DNA of 28,236 bases from positions 1 to 28,236 of the forward strand of contig JBNAVT010000025.1 of assembly GCA_049700215.1 (NCBI GenBank). Direction: 5' to 3'. This DNA is from Thermoproteota archaeon (lineage in GTDB: Archaea; Thermoproteota; EX4484-205; JAAOZP01). A program made the position numbers and the translations under genes. The first letter of the stretch is position 1, and each line of letters opens with the position of its first letter. This document shows, piece after piece, positions 1 through 8,334 of this stretch. A model generated the notes under the pieces. The model had not been told where the DNA came from. It made no database searches and worked only from the letters and a program-made list of their open reading frames with translations.

Positions 1-239
1 GTTCTGGAGATCGTTGAAAGGTTGGGGTCTTGGCTTATCTCGTCTAAAACATTTATGGCGGCTGCTGCCCTTATCCCTGGGGTGGTGGTCTTCTTGGACA
101 GGCTGCTAATAACCTCTTTAATGCTGTTTCTTATGTTTCGGGGGGTTGTGACATCATTCACCACAAAGCTTAGCATTTCAACTGCCTTCATGATTTTCTC
201 CTCGTTTTCAACATCCTTTTTCCGAGGCGTCTTAGACAT
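1..239 (-). CDS. UPF0147 family protein (3' end runs off the window)
   Basis: Not in the ORF track; translated by hand from ATG 239: MSKTPRKKDVENEEKIMKAVEMLSFVVNDVTTPRNIRNSIKEVISSL...GIRAAAAINVLDEISQDPNLSTISR. The D-x-T-x-PRNIR and A-x-x-x-LDEISxDPN motifs fit UPF0147. SD-like GGAGGAGG lies just upstream, and the gene is adjacent to UPF0148. Confidence 0.85.
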   Translation of the reverse strand, partial: MSKTPRKKDVENEEKIMKAVEMLSFVVNDVTTPRNIRNSIKEVISSLSKKTTTPGIRAAAAINVLDEISQDPNLSTISR

Positions 240-340
240 TTTTCCTCCTCCCGCCGAATGCGGGGTAGTAAGCCCATGGTTTCAATATATGTTTTTCTAC
301 TCTCTTTAAATACTTGGTTCATAGAAGAAAATTGGATAGT

Positions 341-673
341 ATGGCTTACGAGAAGTTTGACGTGAAGAGGATGGCGGAGGCACTGCAAAAAGGAGCGGTG
401 ATGATGGCGATTCATTGCGAAGCCTGCGGGGCCCCTTTGTTTAGGCACAAGACTGGGAGAATAGAGTGTGTTAACTGCGGCCGGCTCTACCGTTATGCTC
501 CAGGCTCTGGAAGCGTTGAGGAACTATCTAAGTTGGAATACAACAGGGAGGAAGCCCTCTCTCTTTTAAGAGAAATTGAGAAACGCTTGCTTAAGGTTGA
601 AGACGAGCTTAGAATGAAGAGTATCGTCGAAACCTTGAAAAAGCTAAGGGACGAGCTCGTGGGAACGGGTTAA
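341..673 (+). CDS. UPF0148 / Sjogren autoantigen p27-like zinc-ribbon protein
   Basis: MAEALQKGAVMMAIHCEACGAPLF...ECVNCG has two CxxC motifs and a helical C-terminus. I prefer ATG 341 to TTG 314 because TATA-like TTTAAATA at 305-312 sits about 30 nt upstream. Confidence 0.8.
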   Translation: MAYEKFDVKRMAEALQKGAVMMAIHCEACGAPLFRHKTGRIECVNCGRLYRYAPGSGSVEELSKLEYNREEALSLLREIEKRLLKVEDELRMKSIVETLKKLRDELVGTG

Positions 674-674
674 A

Positions 675-2936
675 ATGACGGCTTCAAACCCCTTTAAAGT
701 AGATTCGGAGGGGTTTGTCGAGCATCCCTTGATAAGGGACGGAAAAGTGCGTGCAAGGAGTTACCAGGTAAACATCTCGTTAACCGCTCTTAAGGAAAGT
801 ACTCTAGTCGTTCTTCCAACGGGTCTCGGGAAAACTGTTATCGCCCTTCTCGTTGCTGCTGAGAAGCTTCGGGCGAGCGAGGGCGTATGCGTTGTTCTAG
901 CACCCACTAAGCCTCTTGTAGAGCAGCATTACAATTTCTTCAAGGATTGCCTGAGAATCGACCCTGCTCTTCTTGCACTCTGGACTGGAGAGACCCCCGT
1001 GGCGAAAAGGGTTTTCACCGACTACAGGCTAGTTTTCGCTACTCCCCAACTCTTCAGAAACGAGGTTTTGAAAGGAAATGCTCAGCTGTCGCGCGTGATA
1101 CTGATAGTTTTCGACGAGGCTCATAGGGCTAAGGGCAATTACGCTTACATAACTATTGCCCAGCGCTATGCTTCAGAATGCCCCTCCCCACTGATGCTGG
1201 GGCTAACGGCTTCACCGGGTTCCCGCAGAGAGGATATTGAGACATTGATGAGAAACCTCGGCATGAAAAGCCTAGAATTCAGGACTCGGAGCGATAGTGA
1301 TGTTACTCCCTATGTTAAGAGGATTGAGTATCATCTTGTCCCGGTGCCTTTAAGCCCGTTGATAAAGGAAGCCAGATCGCTTATTCAAGGCTTTATCAAT
1401 GATCAGATTAGTCAAGCACTCAAAGCATTTCCATGGGAGAAAAGGCCGAGCAACTTTACTGAAATAACGGAGATGATTAATGCGATTAAAAACCGTCCTT
1501 TCTTAGATAAACCGGAGCTCGTGGATGCTTTGAAAAACTTGGCTAGGGCAAGGTATCTAATAATAGCCTTGGAAAGGCTGGATCTGCTCGGTCCCAAATA
1601 CTTCCTTCAATTTATAAGCAGGATAGTGGAGAGAACTCGGAAACCCGGCTCGCCGAAATATTTGTCCCAAATAATCACGGATAAGAGGATACTTGACGCT
1701 GTTGAGCTCCTGAGGCTCCAGAAGGATAACGCGAAGCTGCTGAGGCTCATTGAGCTTTCTAAGAAGGAGCTTGAATCAGGGGTGAAGAGGATAATAGTGT
1801 TTGTGAGCTACCGTGCTGCCTCGAAAGATATAGTGAAAGAGCTCTCCTCAGTGAAGGGATTGAAGGCTACGAGGCTAGTGGGCCAGGCTTCCAAGATCGG
1901 CGACAGGGGGCAGTCTCAGAAGGAGCAAGACGAGGTTCTTTCAAGGTTCAAGAAGGGGGAGTTCAATGTTCTGGTCGCGACGCAAGTCGGCGAGGAGGGG
2001 CTTGACATCTCCTCCTCGGACACTATCATCTTCTACGATAATACTCCGAGCGGGATAAGGTTTGTTCAAAGAGTAGGTAGAACAGGCCGCAACACGCCGG
2101 GGAAAGTATATATTCTATACTTTCAAGATACTCGCGACGAACAGTATCTCTGGATTGCCCGTAGGAGAGAGAGAAGAATGATGGAGGAGATGAAAATGAT
2201 TCAAAGGGAAAACGAGCCTAAGAAGGATTCTAATTATGCCCTAACCAAGTTTATTCCGTCTGAAGAGGCTGATGAGGATAAGGTGAGCATAATAGTTGAC
2301 AACAGGGAGTCAGCATGCCCCGTTGTCAACGAGCTCGCCCGCCTAGGGGTAAAGATTACTTTCAGCCAGCTCGACGTCGGAGACTATGTTCTCTCCGAGA
2401 GAGTGTGCGTAGAGAGAAAGACGGTTAATGATTTCACGTCGTCAATAATAGACTCAAGGCTCTTCCAGCAGGCTAAGCTTCTGGCGGGCTCCTATGAAAT
2501 ACCTGTGCTACTGATAGAAGGAAAAGATGTTTATGCGCCGTCGAGCAATATTCGGCCAAGCGCAATAAGAGGCGCTATTGCAGCGCTCATAACGGGTTAT
2601 AAGACTGTTCTACTATGGTCAAGAGATGCTAAGGAGTCTGCAGAACTTATTTACGCAATAGCCTTAAGGGAGCAGAGGGAGCTTAAGAAGCATCTTCAGG
2701 TTAGGGGTGAAAAGAAGCCTGAAACCGTTGCTGACCAGCAGGTTTTCCTCCTCTCCGGCTTACCGCTTGTGGAAAGAACCACAGCAATAAAGCTCTTAAA
2801 ATACTTCAAGACTCCTCTAAGAGTTTTCAACGCGAGCGAGCAGGATCTCCAGCAGGTTGAGGGGATAGGAGACGTTAAGGCTCGCAGGATAAGGGAAGTC
2901 TTAACGAAAGAATTTGACGAAGAAGATTTAACCTGA
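675..2936 (+). CDS. hef: Hef/FANCM-like SF2 helicase fused to an ERCC4 (XPF) nuclease and HhH domain
   Basis: Helicase motifs LPTGLGKT, DEAH, TAS, ATQVGEEGLD and QRVGRTGR; nuclease motif GDY...VERKT..D; C-terminal HhH (VEGIGDVKA). Confidence 0.93.
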   Translation: MTASNPFKVDSEGFVEHPLIRDGKVRARSYQVNISLTALKESTLVVLPTGLGKTVIALLVAAEKLRASEGVCVVLAPTKPLVEQHYNFFKDCLRIDPALLALWTGETPVAKRVFTDYRLVFATPQLFRNEVLKGNAQLSRVILIVFDEAHRAKGNYAYITIAQRYASECPSPLMLGLTASPGSRREDIETLMRNLGMKSLEFRTRSDSDVTPYVKRIEYHLVPVPLSPLIKEARSLIQGFINDQISQALKAFPWEKRPSNFTEITEMINAIKNRPFLDKPELVDALKNLARARYLIIALERLDLLGPKYFLQFISRIVERTRKPGSPKYLSQIITDKRILDAVELLRLQKDNAKLLRLIELSKKELESGVKRIIVFVSYRAASKDIVKELSSVKGLKATRLVGQASKIGDRGQSQKEQDEVLSRFKKGEFNVLVATQVGEEGLDISSSDTIIFYDNTPSGIRFVQRVGRTGRNTPGKVYILYFQDTRDEQYLWIARRRERRMMEEMKMIQRENEPKKDSNYALTKFIPSEEADEDKVSIIVDNRESACPVVNELARLGVKITFSQLDVGDYVLSERVCVERKTVNDFTSSIIDSRLFQQAKLLAGSYEIPVLLIEGKDVYAPSSNIRPSAIRGAIAALITGYKTVLLWSRDAKESAELIYAIALREQRELKKHLQVRGEKKPETVADQQVFLLSGLPLVERTTAIKLLKYFKTPLRVFNASEQDLQQVEGIGDVKARRIREVLTKEFDEEDLT

Positions 2937-2941
2937 CAAAT
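2927..2941. repeat. 15-bp direct repeat, left copy (TTTAACCTGACAAAT); contains the hef stop codon
   Basis: Exact match to 3437-3451, read directly from the sequence. Confidence 0.9.
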
Positions 2942-3436
2942 ATAGCTATGCGTAAATTCCTTTGCTAAGTATTGCAAATAATCTTAAAAGGGGGAAGATT
3001 GCTGATTTAGGTTATTCCGTTAAGCTATCGGTAATCTTCTGCGCCTGCTCTCATCATCGGGTAAACGCCTTCAAGTGGTATTGGAGCTTTTGCAAGTACT
3101 TTGCGGGCTTCCTCCGCGTTTGCAGCGTTCCGTTCGCAAAATATCTTCACTATCTTGCCATCTTTGTTAAGTTGAGCCCAAGCACCTACCCAATAGGCGT
3201 CAACCGTAGAGCTTGCCTTCACCAATTTACTTACAGAAGCGGCTTCTTCAAGTGCTACGGAGCTGGTAATGGGTGGATAGCCAGAAACTTCGCCAAACTA
3301 GCGCGCGCTAGCTTCACATCTGTTTTTCAGCCTCTCATAACCTGGCCTTTCACTTTTCAAGTATTCCATGTTTATACATGTTTCTTTACATCAAGTTTCG
3401 CACTTGAGCGCAAACAGTACAGATGTTTTCGCCTAT
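2942..3436. mobile_element. Putative inserted segment (495 bp) flanked by a 15-bp target duplication or att-like core
   Basis: Exact flanking 15-bp repeat. Removing the segment plus one copy leaves hef and tmk intact with overlapping 3' ends. It encodes no transposase or integrase, and the ends show only a 4-bp inverted match (ATAG...CTAT). Confidence 0.5.
3025..3296 (-). pseudogene. Frameshifted small protein, DUF4242/SCO4226-like
   Basis: TTG 3296 reads MAKFLAIHPLPAP then TAG. The -1 frame continues VALEEAASVSKLVKASSTVDAYWVGAWAQLNKDGKIVKIFCERNAANAEEARKVLAKAPIPLEGVYPM... The joined ~90 aa pattern resembles DUF4242 (FC-x-x-x-A-x-x-x-E-x-x-R...G/P-I/L-P). Family call is by eye. Confidence 0.55.
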
Positions 3437-3451
3437 TTTAACCTGACAAAT
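3437..3451. repeat. 15-bp direct repeat, right copy; contains the tmk stop codon
   Basis: Exact match to 2927-2941. Confidence 0.9.
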
Positions 3452-4046
3452 CAATATTAAGCCTGCCCCTAACGATTCTGGCTACTTCCTCCAAGACTTC
3501 TTCCAAGGGATTCTCCGCGTTAACCATGACTAGCTCCCCGTCTTCAACAAGCTTCAAGTAGACACTCCTTATCTTTTTAAGGAGAGACGTGTCTTCAAAC
3601 GGTCCTGAAACCTTTTTCCTTCTAAGGGCCTTCTCCGGGTCTATGTCGAGGTAGATTGCTAAATCAGGTGAGGGAACCCTGTTGTTAATGATTCTAACCC
3701 ATTCTGGATCGTTTAACAGTCCTCCTTGGTATGCGATGGAGGAATGAACGTATCTGTCTGAAATAACACAGTAGCCTTTTTCAAGCCTCTTCCTAATAAC
3801 CCTCTCATAGTGCTCAACCCTGTCTGCAGCAAAGAGTAGTGCCAAGTAGTATTGTGGAGCGTTCCGTATCTTCGAGGCATGAAGCCTTATCAGTGCTCCA
3901 ACCCGCATGAATGTTGGCTCCACCGTGTAGAAGCAAGGATAGCCCTTCTCCCTGAGTTTCAGGTAGAGACGTGTGGAAACGGTCGTCTTCCCGGAGCCAT
4001 CTATTCCTTCAAAGCTTATATGAACCCCTTTCTCCCTATCCGTCAT
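3438..4046 (-). CDS. tmk: Thymidylate (dTMP) kinase
   Basis: FEGIDGSGKTT P-loop, EPT, LLFAADR, SDRYVHSSIAYQG, PDLAIYLD. Start moved to ATG 4046 because the track's 4136 start overlaps the divergent HD gene. Confidence 0.93.
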   Translation of the reverse strand: MTDREKGVHISFEGIDGSGKTTVSTRLYLKLREKGYPCFYTVEPTFMRVGALIRLHASKIRNAPQYYLALLFAADRVEHYERVIRKRLEKGYCVISDRYVHSSIAYQGGLLNDPEWVRIINNRVPSPDLAIYLDIDPEKALRRKKVSGPFEDTSLLKKIRSVYLKLVEDGELVMVNAENPLEEVLEEVARIVRGRLNIDLSG

Positions 4047-4092
4047 ACTCTTAAAGCTTATTAAAGGCTCTATTAAAGCATGTCTTGAAGTT

Positions 4093-5397
4093 TTGGAGTA
4101 TGTAGCGGAGATAAGGGATCCGATATATAGATACATTCACATAACAGGCGTGGAAAGAAGCGTGATTGATACCCCTGTTTTCCAGAGGCTTAGAAGGATT
4201 AAGCAGTTGGCTGGAGCCCACCTGACTTACCCCGGTGCCGTGCATACGCGTTTCCTACATTCACTGGGAGTAATGATGACGGCCGGAAAAATGTTTTCTC
4301 ACCTGGCTAACTATTATCCTGAAAGGGCGAATAAAGACGAGCTTCAACTGATAAGGCTGGCTGGCATGCTGCACGATATTGGTCACGGCCCTTTTTCGCA
4401 CACTTTCGAAGAAGTTCTTAGCGAGAGGAGAAGAATGACCCATGAGGAAGTGGCGTCCATGCTGATAAGCGGGACTGAGCTTAAGGATCTGCTCTCTAAG
4501 GCAGGGTTTACGGCGGAAGAGGTTTCCAAGCTTTCAATAGGAAAAGACGGTTCGAGAAGCAGGTGGGTTAACCAGATAATCTCCAGCTACTTTGACGCTG
4601 ATATTCTCGACTATCTTCCCAGGGATTCCTTCTTCACAGGGGTTGAATACGGCTTAATAGACTCTGAGAGAATCATAGACTCCATGATCCTATGGGAAGA
4701 TTCTCTCGCTGTCGACGAGGCAGCATTATATGCCCTAGAATCCTTATTCATCGCTCGGTACATGATGTTTAAGGCGGTCTATTTTCATAGGACTGTCAGG
4801 GCTGCAGTAATAATGCTTTCAAGAGCGATGCTCTTGGTTGATGATGCTGTGGGGCTAACCAGGTTTAAAGGTCCGGAGGAATATATTTCCTTGGATGACC
4901 ATTCGGTAATCCAGCGGATACTCTCAATAGATGAAGTTTCCGAGGAGGCTAGGCTGGCTAAAAGGCTCATAGCAGGGTATTTAAACAGGTCGCTGTTGAA
5001 ATCGGTGTTCGAAATAATGATGCATCATGATGATCCTCTATACCACTCTTTAATCTCCAGGCCCTCGCTGCGAGGAAGTCTTGAGAATGAAATCGCTGAA
5101 GAGGCTGATCTCGCTCCAAGCCTAGTTTTCCTCGACCTTCCTTCAGTCCCCTCACTGCCGTATCATCCGGATTACAGTGGTGAGAAACACAGCGGCTTCG
5201 ACGTGAAGATAATTGGAAAGGAGGATTCCGAGAGAACGGCTAGATCAGTTTTCGACGTTTCTCCTATGGTTCAATCCCTCAGGGGCTTCATGGGTCTCGC
5301 GAGAGTATACACTTTCCCGGAACATAGGGAGAGGGTCTTTAAAGCCTCTAAAAGGGTTTTTGGGGAGAGACCGTACTCTTTCAAAATATCTCTTTAA
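4093..5397 (+). CDS. HD-superfamily phosphohydrolase (SAMHD1/dNTP triphosphohydrolase-like)
   Basis: IRDPIY.YI, FQRLRRIKQL, YPGA.HTRF.HSLG, LHDIGHGPFSH, DAD.LDYL.RD, RY.MF..VYFH. Confidence 0.88.
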   Translation: MEYVAEIRDPIYRYIHITGVERSVIDTPVFQRLRRIKQLAGAHLTYPGAVHTRFLHSLGVMMTAGKMFSHLANYYPERANKDELQLIRLAGMLHDIGHGPFSHTFEEVLSERRRMTHEEVASMLISGTELKDLLSKAGFTAEEVSKLSIGKDGSRSRWVNQIISSYFDADILDYLPRDSFFTGVEYGLIDSERIIDSMILWEDSLAVDEAALYALESLFIARYMMFKAVYFHRTVRAAVIMLSRAMLLVDDAVGLTRFKGPEEYISLDDHSVIQRILSIDEVSEEARLAKRLIAGYLNRSLLKSVFEIMMHHDDPLYHSLISRPSLRGSLENEIAEEADLAPSLVFLDLPSVPSLPYHPDYSGEKHSGFDVKIIGKEDSERTARSVFDVSPMVQSLRGFMGLARVYTFPEHRERVFKASKRVFGERPYSFKISL

Positions 5398-5402
5398 CAG
5401 TT

Positions 5403-5816
5403 TCAAGACCTCAATATTCTGCCTCTCCTAGCGTCTAGGATAATGGTTTCCCCATTTTCGAACAATGAAACTAATCTATTCATATCTGCTAAAACCACTG
5501 GTATTCCGGCAAGTATGGCTCCGGCGGATATTATGCTGTCTTCACGCCCAAGTATTATCCCTAACGGGGCAACACCTCTTTTAGCGAGACCGTATACTGC
5601 GTAGGAGCCCACCGTGCTCCCCTTGCTAGAGGGAACTGCTAGGATACTCCCGCGCAGGCTCACTCCCTCCAGGGGATGGTTCTTCTCAACTATCACCCCG
5701 GTCGAGGAGTCTACCCCGCCGAAGAAGGATATTGGCTGCTGGCTTATCAGTAGAGTGCCCTTGGCGATACCCGTGTTAATAACCTTGACCTTTAAAACCA
5801 TGCTACTTTCCACCAT
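5403..5816 (-). CDS. Aconitase X swiveling subunit (DUF126), probable phosphomevalonate dehydratase small subunit
   Basis: ISFFGGVD..TG, HPL.G, KGSTVGSY, GAILAGIPVV; directly downstream of the large subunit. Start is ATG 5816 or 5801. Confidence 0.88.
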   Translation of the reverse strand: MVESSMVLKVKVINTGIAKGTLLISQQPISFFGGVDSSTGVIVEKNHPLEGVSLRGSILAVPSSKGSTVGSYAVYGLAKRGVAPLGIILGREDSIISAGAILAGIPVVLADMNRLVSLFENGETIILDARRGRILRS

Positions 5817-6960
5817 ATTCTTCAATAAACTCCTTTAAAGACTTCAGGGTTGTTTTAAGCTTAAAGGTTCCGCGCAGGTAATACGCTGCTTTGACCGAGT
5901 TCGTCATAACATGTGCCCCGCCCCTCTTGAGGCTGCAATGCATAACACAGGAGTCCTTAAATACTCTGACTCCTTTTTCAAGAAGCTCCGTCAGCAAACC
6001 TTTTCGAAAAGCCTCTGAATAGGTGCTCCGGGAGGTGAAAACCCATGCTTCCACGGAAAGCCTGTTTACACTTCCAAGCGCCCCTTGAAAATCCTTAATC
6101 TCCTCAAGAGACATGTGGGGGCAGCCTGTTATGAAAACCAGCTTCTCACCGTGAGACGTCGGGGCCTCTTCGGAAAGATTTCTCCTCTCCTCTTCGAGCT
6201 CGCTTCTGTCTAGAACTATTTTTCTCCTTGGTTTTTTAATCCTTGAGAATCTTGGTGTGAGGTTCTCTATCCAAACCATGGGTGCGGCTCCACTGGTGCC
6301 GAAGCCTGCGAGAAGCTGCTTATAGCAAGGATTTTTTCCAGCACATTTTCTCAGCCTTAGATATGGTATCTCAGCACCGGCTTTCAATCCCATAACGTAT
6401 CCGAGAAGCCCGCAGTCAAGCTCATCCTTAAGCTCACCATCATATTCGAAAAGAATTCTGGGCTTCCTACCGCTTCGAAGGTGAATACCGGTTCGCGTAG
6501 TATAACCCAGTATGGCTGAAGCCAGTGCCGTCAAGCTCCCCTCCTTATTCGTTGAAGCGCCTATGATCGAATTCGCGTAAAGTACTGCAGAACTTTCCGC
6601 CCAAGCTATTTTCTGATTCTTTCTTAAAAGGTTGTCGAACAAGTAGGGTGTGCAGGTGAGTGACTCTTTCGCCCCAATGTTTTTCAGGCTTCGAACTATT
6701 CTCTCCTGTTTTTCAACAACCTCCGGGTCGCATTCGCTAGCCGAGTCGAAATCAACGCATCCGGGGTTTATCGTAGTCCTAACCTTAAACTTTAACCCTG
6801 AGTTGCTTAAGTCTTCGAGGAATTCAAGCCCGGCGTCGCCAATGTTCAGATATGAAATTCCGGACAGGTGTGCACTAGATATCTTAACGTATCTTTTTCT
6901 TCCGGTCTGGATGGATTCCAGTATCTTTTTAAACATCCTCTTAGTAACGCGTGTCTCCAA
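5803..6960 (-). CDS. Aconitase X catalytic subunit (DUF521), probable phosphomevalonate dehydratase large subunit
   Basis: AHLSGISY.NIGDAG, TTINP, TCTPY, AWAESSAV.YANS, GCPH and DSC; the last three Cys are candidate Fe-S ligands. Confidence 0.88.
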   Translation of the reverse strand: METRVTKRMFKKILESIQTGRKRYVKISSAHLSGISYLNIGDAGLEFLEDLSNSGLKFKVRTTINPGCVDFDSASECDPEVVEKQERIVRSLKNIGAKESLTCTPYLFDNLLRKNQKIAWAESSAVLYANSIIGASTNKEGSLTALASAILGYTTRTGIHLRSGRKPRILFEYDGELKDELDCGLLGYVMGLKAGAEIPYLRLRKCAGKNPCYKQLLAGFGTSGAAPMVWIENLTPRFSRIKKPRRKIVLDRSELEEERRNLSEEAPTSHGEKLVFITGCPHMSLEEIKDFQGALGSVNRLSVEAWVFTSRSTYSEAFRKGLLTELLEKGVRVFKDSCVMHCSLKRGGAHVMTNSVKAAYYLRGTFKLKTTLKSLKEFIEEYGGK

Positions 6961-6961
6961 C

Positions 6962-8242
6962 TTACATCCTGCTCCTTAAGAAACGTCTCCTATCAACCCC
7001 GGTGGGGAGGGTCAGGTCCAAGCCCCATTTTGAGGTCAATAGCCTCTCTTGGTCGCTCGAGGGGTCTAGCGAGGACCCGCGCATAGCTTCGAAGAAGTAA
7101 AACTTCTGCTTATCCTGAAACCTTGTGGCCAGTGCGAAATCCACCTCCTCATAGCTCCCGGGATCTATATCGTTATCCACCACTATAACTCCCTTCACAG
7201 ATCCGTGTGCCTCCATCACGAGCCTTATGACTCTGTAAGGCTCCTCGTCGCTTTTTTTCGAAATGCTTATGAAGCAGTGAAGCCACCCTCCTGAGCCGCT
7301 TGAAAGCCAGACATCCTTAACATCAACACCGTTTTCAATAAGCCTCTCCCTTATCTTGACCTCCGCGGGATATCCCATTAGCAGCTTATGCTCAAGCCCC
7401 CCGGGAAGTATCGCGTGGTAAACCGGATTTTCATTCCAATAGACTTTATCAACCTCCATCACTGGTTGATACCTAGGTTTATCCGGTAGGCCAAGTATAT
7501 CAGTCATCCATTCCCTAGCGTTTAGGCCTATCCTTATCGTGCCTTCGAAAACATACTCGGACTCTATGGGGACCGGCAGGTCGAGCCCATCAAAATACGT
7601 GACCTCAAGCGGCTTACAGTTTAACGCTCCCGCATAGTCTACCTCGGAAACCTCTTTAGGCAATTGAGTTGAAGCCGACAGGATTATGTGCACAGGCGTG
7701 CCGATCAGAACAGCCACTTTCAAATCCCTGCCGTTAGCCTTATGCTTCATGAATATCTGGTGCAAATGCCTTCCCTCAACCATCCTTACAGCAAACTTGT
7801 TTGAGCCGAGATGAAGAAGCCTGTGCACCGACATGTTAACAACGCCGTCCTCAGGGTCCCTAGCCACAATCACGGAGCTTGTAACATATTTCCCAGCATC
7901 ATCCCTATAGTATTTTAACAGTGGTATTCTAGAGATTCTACTGGAGTCAGATACTCCGCTCCAACACCAGCTTCTCGCCACCGGCTTAGTGAGACGCATC
8001 TTAGCCTCGGAAACATGGTTAAACAAAGCCCCTTTCCCTGTCTTCATTAACCTCTCCACCCTGGTTCGAGTAGAATAGAGGTTTGCTATCAAAGGGTCTT
8101 TGCCCTCGAAAGGCTCTTTGAACAGGATGGTTCTCGGGTCGTTCTCTCTTATCATAATTGGAACCTGAGACTCATGGTGCTTTTCTGAATTTAAGACAAT
8201 CTCGCCGCCAAGCTCCTTCACATAGTCTCCTATCCTAATCAT
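6962..8242 (-). CDS. UbiD-family (prFMN) decarboxylase, probable trans-anhydromevalonate 5-phosphate decarboxylase
   Basis: DAG.YVTS, NMSVHRL, HAILPGG.EH, VVDNDID, ALATRFQ, GSSLDPS, TSKWGLDLT; co-oriented with both AcnX subunits at 1-bp spacing. Confidence 0.85.
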   Translation of the reverse strand: MIRIGDYVKELGGEIVLNSEKHHESQVPIMIRENDPRTILFKEPFEGKDPLIANLYSTRTRVERLMKTGKGALFNHVSEAKMRLTKPVARSWCWSGVSDSSRISRIPLLKYYRDDAGKYVTSSVIVARDPEDGVVNMSVHRLLHLGSNKFAVRMVEGRHLHQIFMKHKANGRDLKVAVLIGTPVHIILSASTQLPKEVSEVDYAGALNCKPLEVTYFDGLDLPVPIESEYVFEGTIRIGLNAREWMTDILGLPDKPRYQPVMEVDKVYWNENPVYHAILPGGLEHKLLMGYPAEVKIRERLIENGVDVKDVWLSSGSGGWLHCFISISKKSDEEPYRVIRLVMEAHGSVKGVIVVDNDIDPGSYEEVDFALATRFQDKQKFYFFEAMRGSSLDPSSDQERLLTSKWGLDLTLPTGVDRRRFLRSRM

Positions 8243-8334
8243 GCTGGCTATATGGTAGCAATGCTTATTAAAAGGGTTCCTTGGAGGGGTTGGAAAAGAG
8301 TTTAATAAGTTGAAAACAACCTGTTAGGTAAAAG

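Noticed and set aside
22-309. 95-aa + ORF and the 188..448 - ORF
   Set aside because: Shadow frames of the UPF0147 and UPF0148 genes; no motifs.
2942-3436. Calling the insert a casposon, IS or MITE
   Set aside because: No substantial terminal inverted repeats, no enzyme gene and no second copy in the window.
2962-3441. 159-aa + ORF spanning the insert
   Set aside because: Atypical Phe/Cys-rich composition, no motifs, and antisense to the more protein-like DUF4242-type frame.
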